A stretch of 64,000 bases of DNA, from the NCBI RefSeq assembly GCF_001194135.2, contig NC_069003.1, positions 8,309,237 to 8,373,236 of the forward strand, in the 5' to 3' direction. The notes under the pieces were generated by a model. The model was not told where the DNA came from. It saw only the letters and a list, made by a program, of their open reading frames with translations, and did not search any database. The translations under genes were made by a program, and so were the position numbers. Positions 63,864 to 64,000 of the stretch are shown here, piece by piece. Within the stretch, counting starts at the first letter, position 1. Every line of letters starts with the position of its first letter. This DNA is from Octopus bimaculoides (Eukaryota).

Positions 63864-63954
63864 AACGTAAAATATATTCTATACCTTTTAAAAACAGAGC
63901 ATTGAATATATAACTTGCATACATAATATAAATAGAAGATTATACGTAGTTAAA

Positions 63955-64000
<46 letters not shown>

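Overview
Eukaryotic, AT-rich, repeat-saturated genomic DNA from a short-read assembly, with about 20 N-gaps totalling roughly 6 kb, most bordered by microsatellites. The SINE families, R4/Dong-like LINE remnants and dense (TA)n/(CA)n/(TAA)n/(TATC)n tracts resemble an octopod cephalopod genome (inference, not proven). I find no intact protein-coding gene, tRNA/rRNA gene or CRISPR array. Nearly all long ORFs in the track are translations of simple repeats or N-runs. The window looks intergenic or deep-intronic. Recognisable content: (i) at least 12 fragments of R4/Dong-type RLE non-LTR retrotransposons from about five subfamilies, mostly ending in (TAA)n; (ii) more than 25 tRNA-derived SINE copies or fragments in about three modular families; (iii) one TIR-to-TIR mariner pseudogene, three internally deleted maT/DD37D-like Tc1/mariner remnants and several MITEs; (iv) a Helitron remnant with its 3' hairpin-CTAG end; (v) Penelope-like and RTE-like remnants. 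The most interesting pattern is a bipartite 3' stem-loop (outer stem, CYWAG/TGAG internal loop, inner hairpin). It is kept, with different but complementary stem sequences, in otherwise unrelated R4 3'UTRs. It also appears at the 3' end of a ~500-bp non-coding element in the same (TAA)n sites. Together these suggest a (TAA)n-targeted R4 retrotransposition system with non-autonomous passengers. All structure calls were made by eye and need computational confirmation.
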